Shown one piece after another: positions 1 through 11,442 of a stretch of 64,000 nt of DNA. A program made the position numbers and the translations under genes. The stretch is from Somniosus microcephalus (lineage: Eukaryota), in contig CM126213.1 of NCBI GenBank assembly GCA_052327205.1, positions 86,304,001-86,368,000 of the forward strand, in the 5' to 3' direction. A model generated the notes under the pieces. That model was given only the letters and a program-made list of their open reading frames with translations, was not told the DNA's origin and made no database searches. Every line of letters begins with the position of its first letter. The first letter of the stretch is position 1.

Positions 1-55
1 CTCGCTGTCGGCCTGTCCTCACTCTAAAGCTACACTTGTGCCTTCCTGCTTTCAG

Positions 56-1200
56 CTGGTGAGGAGGAGGTGCTCCCTGAAGCCCACACAGCCAGGCCCT
101 CGGAGGAGGAGGACGTGGAGGAGCAGCAGGAAGGCGCCACCTCGGGGGAACCCTCCTCCGCTCCAGGACATGCCAATGAAGGGGATACGTCTGGCGTGCC
201 GGAGAGCCAGGGGGAGGCGGGGGAGGGGAGCCCCGAACCTGGTCCCAGTGGCATGGACGCCCGCGGCAAGGCTCCGGCAGCACGCGACCCTTCTGCCCAG
301 AGGGGGGAGGCGGTGGAGGGGAGGGCAGAACCTGGTGTCAGTGGCGTGGCCGCACGCGGCAGCGCTCCGGCGGCACGCCAGCCTTCTGGCCAGAGGGTGG
401 AGGCGCCCTCCAGTCCGGACTCGGACGTCGCCCAGGAGGTGCGCCTCCTGGACGAGATGTCGGCGGCGTCGGAGCGCCGCCACGTGGAAATCATGGAGGT
501 GCTGGCACAGATGCCTCAGGCCATCGAAAGCCTCTCTCAAAGTGTGGTGGCTTTCGGCCAAGCCCAGGCCAGGGGCCTCGAGGTTTTCGCTGCAGCGCAC
601 GCCAGGGGGGTGGAGCTCCTTGTGGCAGCGCATGAGAGGGGGGTCGAGCAACTCGAGGCAGCGCAGCACGCCAGTCGCCAGCTGAGAGGTGCTGTCCAGA
701 CAATGGGACTGCAGATGCGGGGACATGCCGGCGCAGTTGGGGCACTGACTTCTGCGACCCTCGCACTGGCGGGGAGGCGTCGCCAGGCCAGGCGCCGCCC
801 TGCTGCCGCACACCGGTCTGGCCACCCACAGTTTGGCGCGCTTGCTCCCCGGCCAGGCCGCCCGAGTGCACGTGTGTCTGGCGACCAGCGCGCGCCTGGC
901 ATCACCCACCTTGTCCCCATTGGTGCAGGCGAGCCTGCCACTCCCCCAGCCACGGTGCAAGGAGCTCCTGCAGCCACTGAAGAGGGCCACCCACAGCTGC
1001 AGCAGCCACCAGCCGGCCCCTCCCGGGCCCGCCCTCGTGTAGGCCGACCCCCAAGGGCATCTGGCGAGACGCCTTGTCGCCCTGAGGATCCTTCCCCCAG
1101 CCTCGGCACAGCCTCACGGCCCAGCTTGAGGCGCAGCAGCAGGACGGGCCGGGGCAAAAGACGCCTGTCCACACACTCGCCCTCTCGCCACACCCAATAG
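56..1200 (+). CDS. Last coding exon of the Harbinger accessory gene (Myb/SANT-type partner; DNA-binding domain presumably upstream of the window)
   Basis: Polypyrimidine acceptor ccttcctgctttcAG (54-55), then an open frame to TAG at 1200. Acidic N-part, helical repeat middle and basic C-tail (RPRVGRPPR, RGKRR). AATAAA at 1447-1452. Position opposite the transposase fits Harbinger organisation. Confidence 0.7.
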
Positions 1201-1446
1201 AGTGTGTTCACCGAGGGTTTGGGTGGTGCGGGGGCTTCTGTTCTGGGGGGCATTATGTGTTTTTGTTTTATGGGGGTCTTTGTGTTGTTGGGGGGTCTTG
1301 TTTTTGTTAGGCCAGTGACGAGGCCATTTGGATGCTGATGTTATGTTAGTCCTCCCCAGGTTTTGGGAGTGACAGAAGTTTGTTACTGTTTTTTGGGGGT
1401 CTTCTCTGTTTTGCTCTTCCATGTGGGAAGGGCCCTGAGGTTTTCA

Positions 1447-1466
1447 AATAAAGATGTTTATTTATT
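1447..1466. terminator. Back-to-back poly(A) signals for the two convergent Harbinger genes
   Basis: AATAAA on + at 1447-1452; TTTATT (AATAAA on -) at 1457-1462 and 1461-1466, between the stop codons at 1200 and 1570. Confidence 0.65.
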
Positions 1467-1569
1467 CACCATGTGCAGGTGTCATGTTTCAAGTGGTTGT
1501 TGGGTTAACCGGCTGAGGGCTTGCGAAGCGGCTGCGTTCAGTGGGCCAGGCCATTCCCTGACAGGGGGC

Positions 1570-2705
1570 CTAGAAGTGTCGAGCAATAAGCCCCCGGCGG
1601 ACGGCCCTTGGACCTTGTCGCTCCCTCCTGGCCTGGTGCTGCTCCTCCTCAGGGTCCTCCTGCTCGTCCTCCTGAGGTGGTGGCCCAATGTCAGGTGGCA
1701 GTGCCTGAGTCCTGCGGATAGCCAGGTTGTGGAGCATGCAGCAGACCACGACGAACTGGGAGACTCTATCCGGCGAATACTGAAGAGACCCGCCCGAACG
1801 ATCCAGGCAACGGAACCGTTGCTTGAGGACGCCTATCGTTTGCTCTATTAGGTTCCTTGTGGCTTGATGGCTTTCGTTGTATGCCAGCTCCGCTGGGGTC
1901 CTGGGCGCGCGGAGCGGGGTCATGAGCCATGTGCACAAAGGGTGCCCTTGTCCCCGAGAAGCCATCCCCTTGGTTGAGGCTGTGCCTGGAACATGTCAGC
2001 CACAGTAGTCTGTCGCAGGATAAAGGCATCGTGGATGCTTCCTGGGAAGCGGGCATTGACAGCTAGGATGCGCTGCCTGTGGTCACACACCAGCTGCACA
2101 TTTAGGGAATGGTAGCCCTTCCGGTTGCGGTCTTGCTCGACATTGCGGATAGGTGGCCGCATAGCCACATGCGTGCAGTCAATGGCGCCCTGCACCATGG
2201 GGAAGGCCGCGATCCTGGCAAATCCGAATGCACGCTGCTCCTGCTTGTGTTGGGTCATGGGGAAGGAGATGAATTGGTGGCTCCTCGCGAAAAGTGCTTC
2301 GGTGACCTGTCGGATGCAGCGATGCGCGGCGAACTGGGAGATGGTCGCGATGTCCCCAGCAGCGGCTTGGAAGGAGCCGCTTGCATAAAAGCTGAGAGCC
2401 ACCGTGACCTTCACTTCCACCGAGAGAGACGCCCTGGACATGAGCTGTGGCTGCAAATCTGCATGAAGCCGCTGGCAGATCTCTTCAACCACCTCCCTTC
2501 TGAAGCGCAGCCTCTTAACACAATGCACCGCAGTCATGGTGAGATATGAGACCTGCTCCCGGTATTGCCTGACTGGGTAAGGCCTACGTTGGCGACGCCT
2601 AATGGCCCCTCTGCGTCTAGCCATGCCTGGGCCTGTCTCAAAGCGTATGCCAGGCCTTCGCACAAAATGTCGCAACTGAGGGTTGGCCCCCCATGCAGCC
2701 CCCAT
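1570..2705 (-). pseudogene. Harbinger (HARBI1-like, DDE_Tnp_4) transposase, ~378 aa, with one frameshift
   Basis: Motifs GAIDCTH, NRKGYHSLNVQ, FPGSIHD, LGDKG(Y)PL..WLMTP, YNESHQATRNLIEQTIGVLKQRFRCL and CCMLHN. ORFs 1920-2741 and 1570-1965 join if one base is restored between 1943 and 1944 (GGC [T]AC CCT = G-Y-P). Confidence 0.93.
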
Positions 2706-3374
2706 TACAAAGTTCCAACCAGCAAAATCACAAGGATGCAAATGTCAAAGCACTGGCTAGAAGCCAAAAAGACCTCTCCTATGGTGTCCGAAATCAGTAA
2801 TCTCTGTGCCTTGCTCTCTGTGCAGAAACCCAAACCAGTCAAGTCATTGCAGCGAAATGGCTAGCTTTTATGGGTGAGTGGATGTGCCCTTTAATTAGCG
2901 CTCCCCGAATCCCACAGGGCCTCTGTTGAGTTCCATTTCACAGTTCTTAGTAGCGCCACGCCAACATCGGCCGGGCGCCACTGAATTTCCGGTTTGGGGC
3001 GCACAAACGGCGTTGCACGACGGAATGACGTCATAAGATGCGCGCGCAGCTGACCGGGCGCTAACACTTTGCGCCGGCGCTAAAGCCCAGCTGAATTTCG
3101 GCGTAGGCGCAGATCCGGCGGTGCCCGGGCGCTAAGTGGATAGCGCCGGAAATCTGGCGCTAACGTCTGGCGCAAACAGCTGAATTTCTAGGCCATAGTG
3201 TTTAGCAGCTGTGCTCATTTTCATTACTTAGCCACCTGACACTGGGAAATATTGCTGGGAAGGATTATCTGCAGGTAAGACATTACGATCTGGAAAGGCA
3301 GGACTTCTTTCAAATAAGCCTTTGTTTGATGACCTCATGGTAGTGCAGTGTGTTGGTGCTTTAACTTGCTTTAC

Positions 3375-3695
3375 TTTTGGATGAGACGTTAAACCAAGGC
3401 CCTGTCTGCGCTCTCAGATGGGCGTAAAAGATCCAATGGCACTATTTCGAAGAAGAGCAGGAGAGTTATCCCCTGTGCCCTGGCCAATATTTATCCCTCA
3501 ATCAACATCACTAAAACAGATTATCTGGTCATTATCACATTGCTGTTTGTGGGAGCTTGCTGTGCACAAATTGGCTGTTGCGTTTCCTACATTACAACAG
3601 TGACTCCACTTCAAAAGTACGTCATTGGCTGTAAAGTGCTTTGGAACGTCCGGTGGTTGTGAAAGGCGCTATATAAATGCAAGTCTTTTTTTCTT
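3375..3695 (+). mobile_element. Deu-domain SINE (SacSINE1-like), 5'-truncated
   Basis: TTTTGGATGAGACGTTAAACCAAGGCCC...ATCCAATGGCACT...CCCTGGCCAA Deu core and L2-type tail GGCGCTATATAAATGCAAGTC. Confidence 0.85.
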
Positions 3696-5949
3696 TATGA
3701 AAAGTGGGCGAACATGGGTTGTGACCTGCAGTTAACCACAGGATAAGCTACAGATCTACTCCGTGTCTTCCAGACTCGTGCAAACCTCCGAGCAGTTGCT
3801 TCTTGACTGACGGCGGAAAAAGTTGGAATCAGTTTGGCTGGCTGCTTGCCGCATCACTCTGTTAACCTGAGATGTGGCATGATGGAAAAGGAGGAGCAAA
3901 GATTTTTTTTTAGTACTTCCAGTTATTGTCCAAAGCAACTGGCAGGGGTTTAAGTTGCCGCTTTCAGCAAAGTCGCCAAGTGCTAAATGAAGTACTGGTG
4001 AACATAGTTCTTTGACGGGCATGAAACACATCACAGTTTGGTCTGCATCTGGGTCATGGTGTGGAGGTTTCTATTTGTTTATTACAAGCCTGATGTTTAA
4101 GGTAATAAATCTGGAATAAACAGCACAATGCAGAGGTGCAGTACAATCACCTGGCTCCAAATTACAAAAGATATTTTTCTGAGAGCTTAAAACCACTGAA
4201 CCTCGATGCTGTAGCATTTTATGCCATATGAATAAGAAGTGCAATTCATTATCCATATCAAGTGAGTCATACAGTAACCAAGTTATTTCATCTGCAACAT
4301 TGAATAGTTAACTAAGGTGTGCCTAGCAACAGTTACACTTCAATAGTTAGAAGAATTTTCCTTCTAATCTTCTAAAAAAAAGAAATGACCCATAGGTTGA
4401 ACCTGGTCCTAATCATTTGCAGCAGAGAGCATTATGCTAAATGGTTGCTGAGCTGTTAATACATTTACTGCTGCACCTTATATCTTGCATTATCTAATCA
4501 TACTTATAAAATAAACTTTCACCAACATACACATGGGTAGAGGTTTGAATAAAAGGCTCCAAGATACTGTTAACCACAATCTAGAATTGCACTTCATTCA
4601 GCCTAACTGAATAATACATATTTATCTTATGCCTCCGAAAACTGACCAGATACCTTGAGATTTTTTTTCAAAAAATAATATTTTACCAAAAAGGAAAGAG
4701 CTTGAACATTATTCTTGAACCTAAAAAAAATACATTTACAAAATACAAGCCTTTATCAAAAAGCATTTTGTAGCAAACAAAAAAAATCTACAACTGGACA
4801 ATTTCAGAAATTGGGAGCGAACATGGTATAATAGCACTACTTAGAATAATGAACTATTCTATTAATTCTTGTAGCATTAATAAGTATTTTCTGGAGGGGG
4901 GGGGAGAATGAAATGTTTACTTGTAGTATTTGTTTATCAAAGTATATCAGAGAAAGATAACTAGGGCTATGTCACCCCATACAAAGGCAGTAGGGCAGCC
5001 AGTTGTTACACAGGGGCAAGTCGATGAATAACTCATCCAAATAAAAAAATTAAAAATTGCTGGAACAGTTAGTTTAAGGGACCAGGATGAGGAACAGCCA
5101 GAAATATCTGCAGGTCTGTAACTGAGACTATCACACAGCCAGTACTAGATCCTAGGATAAAACAATCCAAGAAAGGGAAGCAGCAAAGCTATAAAGAAGT
5201 CACCCAAAATAACAACCATCCCAGCTGAGGCTGTCAGTCAGTCACTATAAGCGGAGTAGGTAGTTAGCTAACCATACTGGACAAAGTTCCAGTTTTAGGC
5301 TACAGAAGATCTTTGCAGTAAAGTTCTATTAAAAATAAGTACATACTTTTCCACTTAGCAATGTTAGAGATATCTGTGACTGACACCACCTGTATATTTG
5401 TCCTAGAAGTAGCCAGTGGTATTGTTGAGTGATCCTAGTCTTCTTTGATTACAGTAGGAATATTAACAGTTGTTTGGACATGAATTTATCAGGTGTTCTA
5501 TTTCATTTGGCGATTTAAAAAAAAAATCTAGCCAGATGAATGTCCTTGTTCTATGGATATAAAACAATGCCAAGCCATCAGAAGGTTTGCTCATGTCAGA
5601 ACAATGTGCTTGGTAAAAAATTATGTTGCTACAATTTATTATGACCGATGAAAATGAGGTCCTCTTGAAAATTATATTCTAATAAATGTAAACTAGAAGC
5701 AATTTGAGCATCGCACACTACATCCCATGTTGGCTAAATTTAGACTGCTTCAGATATCCCATTTGTTCAGTGTTTCTCCTAAATATATGTATGAAGTCAT
5801 ACTTTACAGTCATATGAGAATCCACAACCTGTATTTCTTGCAGAGGAATCATAGGCTGTCATTGACAATGATAGACAAACCATCATTATGTATGAAGTAC
5901 GTTAACAGAAATTGAAATCCAGTACGTTTTCTGTCTATAGACATTTTCT

Positions 5950-8900
5950 TCAGCCCTATCAACTGAATAGTTTTAGATGAGCATGATAAATGTATAAAAT
6001 ATGTAATCAAACTATGCACCAAGGTCTACAACAAGATCAAAGTAGTTCAGTGAGGACATATGTCAGCAGAGCTTGGTGCCCATTGCTACATTGTCCCAAA
6101 TCCTGTGGAACCAGCCCAGATACAACATACCAATAGGTATAACTCCTCCTCTAGTGGAAGTGGAAGCGCAAGCACCAGAAGAGAGTCCCCTAAGCACATA
6201 TAACTAGACACCTCACACCTCCATTCTAGCAGTTTCCAACAATGGTTCCCATTGTGCTATATACACCTTGGGGAAGAGGGTAGATGTGAGGAATTATTAA
6301 TCCCTTCTTAGATTTAAGCCAGAGGAATAACATCACCAGCTCTCCACCCTCACTGTTACAATGTGCAGGTGCTCCTGCATCAGCTCCCTAACATGCTTAC
6401 CATTCTGCTCGCTGGATTTGATCCAGTCACATCCTGATCCAGAAATCTTTGAGACCGAAGATCTCAAAGGCTCCCATTCCTGAACTCCCTCCATCAAAGG
6501 ATTGATCGCTGCAAAAAAAAATGTCTCATTTGAGCATTTTCATTCACACTTGGGTGATAGATGATTCCCTTTGTAGGAGGGCAGCTCATTCCACCCCAGA
6601 CAGTATCCACCAAGGGCTTGTTCCAACTTTCAATGATTCAAGGCAGGATTTTTGAACAAAGTCAGGAAAGAAGAGGCCCTGAGGCAGAAGATTTCCTATA
6701 ACAAAATCTTTAATATGCAGAAGCATTTAATATGCATGTTACCCAAGCCCTTGTCATGTCTGTTCCAGATCCTAAAATAGTGGCCCTCTGCCAAATCTTT
6801 CACAAACCCAACTCAGACATTTTGCTGAGATTTATCATGCTAGCTTCCCTCTGGGATATAGTTGCTGCAACGTGGGAGGATACACACAATCAGACCTAGC
6901 TTCTCAGATGCACAAGACCAGCAAGATACATCATGAATCAGCTGAACAGTAATATAGTTTGCCTGGGACAAAATTCTACACTCTTGTCTCAGTATTGGAA
7001 ACTGATCTCTCAGAATGCTAACCTTGGTGTAAATGTCTAAGCACCCAAATACTGTAAGGTGGAACATATTCTCCCAAGGGTCGAACCAGATCTGTTTGGC
7101 TTGTCACCAGACTTACTGAGCAGGATTTTGGGAACCTACAGGCATTCTAAAACAGGCTATAATTGAGGCTGACTCTTGTCCTCTTCTGGGCCAACTGTTG
7201 CCTGGCCAACTGTTGCCTATCAACAAAGACCAGCTTTATGAACCCACAAAGTCTAAATCATCCGATTGACTGGGATCCCTATACACACCTAGGGATTCCT
7301 GCGAAAATGCCGGCCTTGGGTTTCATTCAACAATGACTTAAATAGTATAGGGTAGATTACTTTAGCATTGGAGATTGGGCATTTACTGTCGTCCTAAAGA
7401 TTGCAAGAAAATAGGTTTATAGATCACTTTACCGAACCTACTATAAACTATGATTTCTAACATTATCAGGATCTATGTTTGGATACTCCTACAGAAAGTG
7501 ATAGCTTTTTTTTTACCCCCTCCGCCCCCCCCCCCCGTTCCAGTGGACTGGTCAGCATCAATAATGTTGGTTGTTTGTCATACTGGTTTGACAATCCATA
7601 CAGGCAGAGGTGTGTCTTTAAAATGGCAGTTCTCCTACCAGCCAGCAATGTGGATTCCCTCTGATACAGGCAGATCAAGTCAGCAGAGAATGTCTCCCAA
7701 AATGTAACTTGTATAAGCCGTTTTGAAGTGGCCACAAAGCCCACATGCTATGGATTTTTAATAAAGAAGCCTAGATTTTTCTCATTTGGCGTTACTACTG
7801 CCAAAATGGCTATTGTTGGGCTTTAGACAGACTAAAGTGAAAGTGGGCTACTTACAGCCTACTTTTCCCCCCCCTTTCAGTCAGCTCATTAACATAACTT
7901 CAAGTGTATATATGGACAGATCTCAAAAAGGAGCCTTTTAGTGGGAGAGGAAAGTTGCATGTAGGTTAAAATTAAAGGGTTGGGAACAATTGAAAGTGAA
8001 TGCCAGAGAGGAACAAAAATTCTGAAAGCATTTCACAAATCTCAAAAAGCCACTTGATCCAAAAGCAGTCTTTGCTGAACGGGTAGTGGACTAGGAAGAG
8101 ACGGGCAAAAATAAATGAAAATAATACCCTAGGTCAAGGCAAGTGACCTGTTTGTTGGCTGCTTAAGTTGAGGTGGTTCTGCATGAGGTTTTGAGATAGG
8201 TTGCCATTTCTGCCACTCCACAATATCATCCCCATAGGGGTCAACAAGGCAGCATACCTTCAAAGAGGTGGAGGCAAGTTTCAGCTGAAACATATCTCCA
8301 TCTCTTTGCAGGCATGCTGGAGTGCTGGCCTATGGAGATGATACTGTGGAGAGACACAGAGGACAACCCTCATCACAACCACCTCATTCAGCAACATCTT
8401 GACTTTACCAACCAAAATCATTGCCGCTGCATGTGCCAGCCTATGTTGAATGGTAGCTGCAGGTGTCTTCCAGCAGATGGCACAGCTCTGCATCTGTCTC
8501 TTCCAAGATCCTGAGAAGACTCCCTAAAGGTTATTAACTGCTACATATACCAGAGCCTACACAAATGAGGGGTGGCATCTTGGTGGATGTGGTTAATCAA
8601 GCTACTTTGCTCTTGATCATCCTGGCATGCTGCCTTTCACACAACCACCTAATGCAATACCACAAAAAGCAAGACATACTGTGATTGTGGCACTTCTGAG
8701 GAAGCATCCAATATTATGGGTAGTCATGGAGTTTATGTATCTTAATGATGCCATCTATTCTCTTACTCCGCTTCCTTTGGTAAGCAAGCCTCCATCTAAT
8801 TGTTTGCTTTAAGAAAGGTATGTTCACCTCTGTCTGCAGGTGTGGCTATGTGAGTAAATTTGGGTGGGCACAGAGCATCTCTCATGCAGACCTAGCATCC

Positions 8901-8950
8901 CCCATAGGTGTTTTTCTTTCTCCAGACATGCCTGATAAGCGGATTCCCAC
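5950..8950 (-). mobile_element. Heavily decayed L1/Tx1-like LINE ORF2 relic (boundaries approximate)
   Basis: Minus-strand remnants in the expected order: KWQPIS (~8200, cf. NWRPIS), AKTAF-DQV (~8060, cf. KAFD), a GCPLS-like stretch (~7840) and LQYLG (~7050). Many stops and indels. Confidence 0.45.
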
Positions 8951-9599
8951 CAGGAAATCCATTGGTGCTGTTATTGCTAAGGAAAAGAATAATTTTATTC
9001 ACTTGGCACAAAGACTCATGAGAACCTAAGTGTCAAGAGGGGGGGAAAATAAGCAAAAAAATTAGAACAACAATTTGGAAATGGCTAAAATGCCCTTACC
9101 TTTAAATCTCCTTGTTTCCCGCTGCGTAGAAACTCAGGACTTAGATTTAAAATGGGTAAATTTAACATTAGGCATAAATACAGTGTTGATTAATTCCTTC
9201 AAAAGAGAACACCTGGTTAGTAATGGGGTTGAAGATAACAAGCTATGCATGGACAACGATTATCAAGTACTTATTTGAATCCAATGGTTCCTATAGTGCT
9301 GTGACTGAGGAAGTGCCATCCGTGAAAAGATAAGAACCTGGTTTGAATTGCTGGGAATGGACAGATATTCTGGAACTTCGCTTGACTTCCTTTAGCGATT
9401 AAGGAGAAATTTCACAGAACTTTCTTTCAGGAGATTTAATAAATTAGGCAGAATTGGTGACAAAGTAGATGGTTAGTGGTCTGTGGAAAAACATGACCTT
9501 AATGGACTGAATGATGTTTTCTAGTTCTATGTTTTCTTTTATTCTTGTACACCTAAGAGGTATTCATATTAGAGGACACTCTAACTTGGTATCAGTAAA

Positions 9600-10100
9600 A
9601 AGTTACACATCTCAACTGTTTCAAAGCACTTCATAAGCTGAATTATTTTCAAGTTCAGTGCCTGTTATGTAGACAAACCAGTCCCATAAACAGCAATGAG
9701 ATGAGCGTTCAGTTCATCTGTTTTTTTCTGGTGGTACTGGTTGATGTAGAATCATGGGAGAACTCCCTGTTCTTCAAATAGTGCCATGGGATCTGTAACA
9801 TCATCCTGAACCACTAGAACAAAAATACAGGATCTTGGTTTAATATCTTATCTGAAAGACAGCCCCTATATCAGAGGGAATCCACATTGCTGGCTGGTAT
9901 GAGATCTGCCATTTTAAAGACAGACCTCTGCCTGTATGGATTGTCAAACCAGCACAACAAACAACCACCATTACTGATGCTGACCAGTCCACTGGAAAGG
10001 GGATGTAAATGTAACACTTCCTTAGTACTGCACTGGACTGTCAGCCTAGAATGGGGTTTGAACCCATAACCTACTGGTTCAGACATGAGAGTGCTACCAA
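9600..10100 (-). mobile_element. Deu-domain SINE, interrupted by a ~135-bp insert at 9867-10002
   Basis: Reverse complement of the Deu core (GTGCCATGGGATCT...GGTTTAATATCTTATCTGAAAGACAGC) and of the tRNA-derived head (AGTACTGCACTGGACTGTCAGCCTAGA...GAGAGTGCTACC). Confidence 0.75.
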
Positions 10101-10646
10101 AAGTGCCAACCTGACAAATTATTATGCACTATTATAGTATAATTTCTATATAATTTTAAGTCTTCAATGCAAACACTCAGGATTAAACTATGCAGTATGA
10201 AAATATATTCCTTTTGACACTGTGTTTGTGTCATTTTCATACTGATACTTATTCTCGGTGTAGTCTGGGAAGCAGATGAGCACCTGTATAAGTGCATTGC
10301 CACAAAGCCACACCTATTATAATGTATTCCCATTTAGCTTCAGGCCATAGTGTTTGGTGTAGCCATTTCAAACTTTAGTAATACTTTTTAGAAATACAAT
10401 TTACGTATGCATGTCTGGCATTTTCATATGAAATTAAAACACTTTAAATTGAGTGCACCAAATGCAGCTTCTGGTCTTTACATAATTCATAATTTCATTA
10501 CCCTGCATTCTTTCCAACTTTGCATCAGGACCATGCATGCAATCTCAGATTGCCTTCCGAACTCCAGCATACCATTATTTCATCTATGTGTACAGTCAGA
10601 TTTAATTTTCCTCAAGTTAGTATTACTTTGTGCTTTTAAACACTAA

Positions 10647-11442
10647 GGGCTCGATTTTCAGTGTGCCGTGGAGTCAGGATTGGAGACGTGCGGGGGGTTA
10701 AATTCCCGAAATCGGGGGTCCCGCCTCCATGCCAGTTTCAAAGGAGGCGGGTACCCGCCCCGCACTGGGACCCGCCTCCCCAAGGCGGGAAGGGATTCGT
10801 GCCAATTAACTGCCTGTTAACAAGTAGTTAATAGGCAGTTTTTAGCCTAATCCCTATTTTTAAGCTTGAACTGTGGGATTCCCGACTGCTCCAAACCACG
10901 CCAAGTTGGAGGAGTCGGGTTGGAGGGGTCACGATGTCGATGTTCAGGTGAGTGATGTGTGCATAGGTAAGTGTGCTTGGTGTGTCTAAAGTGATTAAAT
11001 AAGTTTTACATACATTTTCTTACCTTTTCAGCCTTCCTTCCTTTAGGTTCGGGGAGTCCCTCATCTCACCGGCACAGAAAGCAGAATGGCTGTGAACTGT
11101 CAAAAGTGACAGCCTGCAGCTTTCTGTGCAGGAGAGATTTCTAACTGAGTCTGTGGGGAAGGACTCATGTTAGAAGCAAGACTGTCGGTGTTTAACAGCT
11201 TCAAAGAGCTTTCAAACACTGATATTTCATCTGTCAAAACGTCTTGACAGATGACATTTCAGTCTGTGATGTCACCTGTTGCCGGGTAGCCCTTAATTGG
11301 CCTGCTGAGCCCGCTGGGTGGGCTCAACAAGGTCAATCAAGTTAAAATCGCGTGGATTGGCCGCATCTCGATGGAGGCGGGACTACAACCCCGAAAGTTG
11401 TAGTCCCGCCTCCAACCCGACTCCTGAATGAAAATCCAGCCC
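10647..11442. mobile_element. Non-autonomous Harbinger element (MITE), 796 bp
   Basis: TIRs GGGCTCGATTTTCA / TGAAAATCCAGCCC (13/14 match). TAA target-site duplication at 10644-10646 and 11443-11445. Subterminal GGAGGCGGG palindromes. Confidence 0.92.

Larger units (their letters stand above)
1..3195 (-). mobile_element. PIF/Harbinger DNA transposon (autonomous-type), left end outside the window
   Basis: GC/CpG-rich block that stops abruptly at ...GCTGAATTTCTAGGCC(A) (3194/3195), typical of a Harbinger TIR. It carries a DDE transposase (-) and a convergent second gene (+), the canonical two-gene layout. Subterminal CTGAATTTC x3 and many GGCGC/GCGCC motifs at 2950-3190. Confidence 0.92.

Noticed and set aside
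30-1253. Several long overlapping ORFs (215, 312, 238 aa) around the accessory exon
   Set aside because: Expected shadow ORFs of very GC-rich coding DNA; only the 70-1200 frame has an acceptor, a poly(A) signal and protein-like structure.
1570-2705. Host HARBI1 gene or programmed frameshift
   Set aside because: It lies inside a TIR-bounded element with a partner gene; the break is a simple deletion in the conserved GDxGY motif, with no slippery heptamer.
4970-5385. Possible solo LTR (TGTCA...TGACA with TATA-like and AGTAAA motifs)
   Set aside because: No matching TSD and no second copy in the window, so not supportable.
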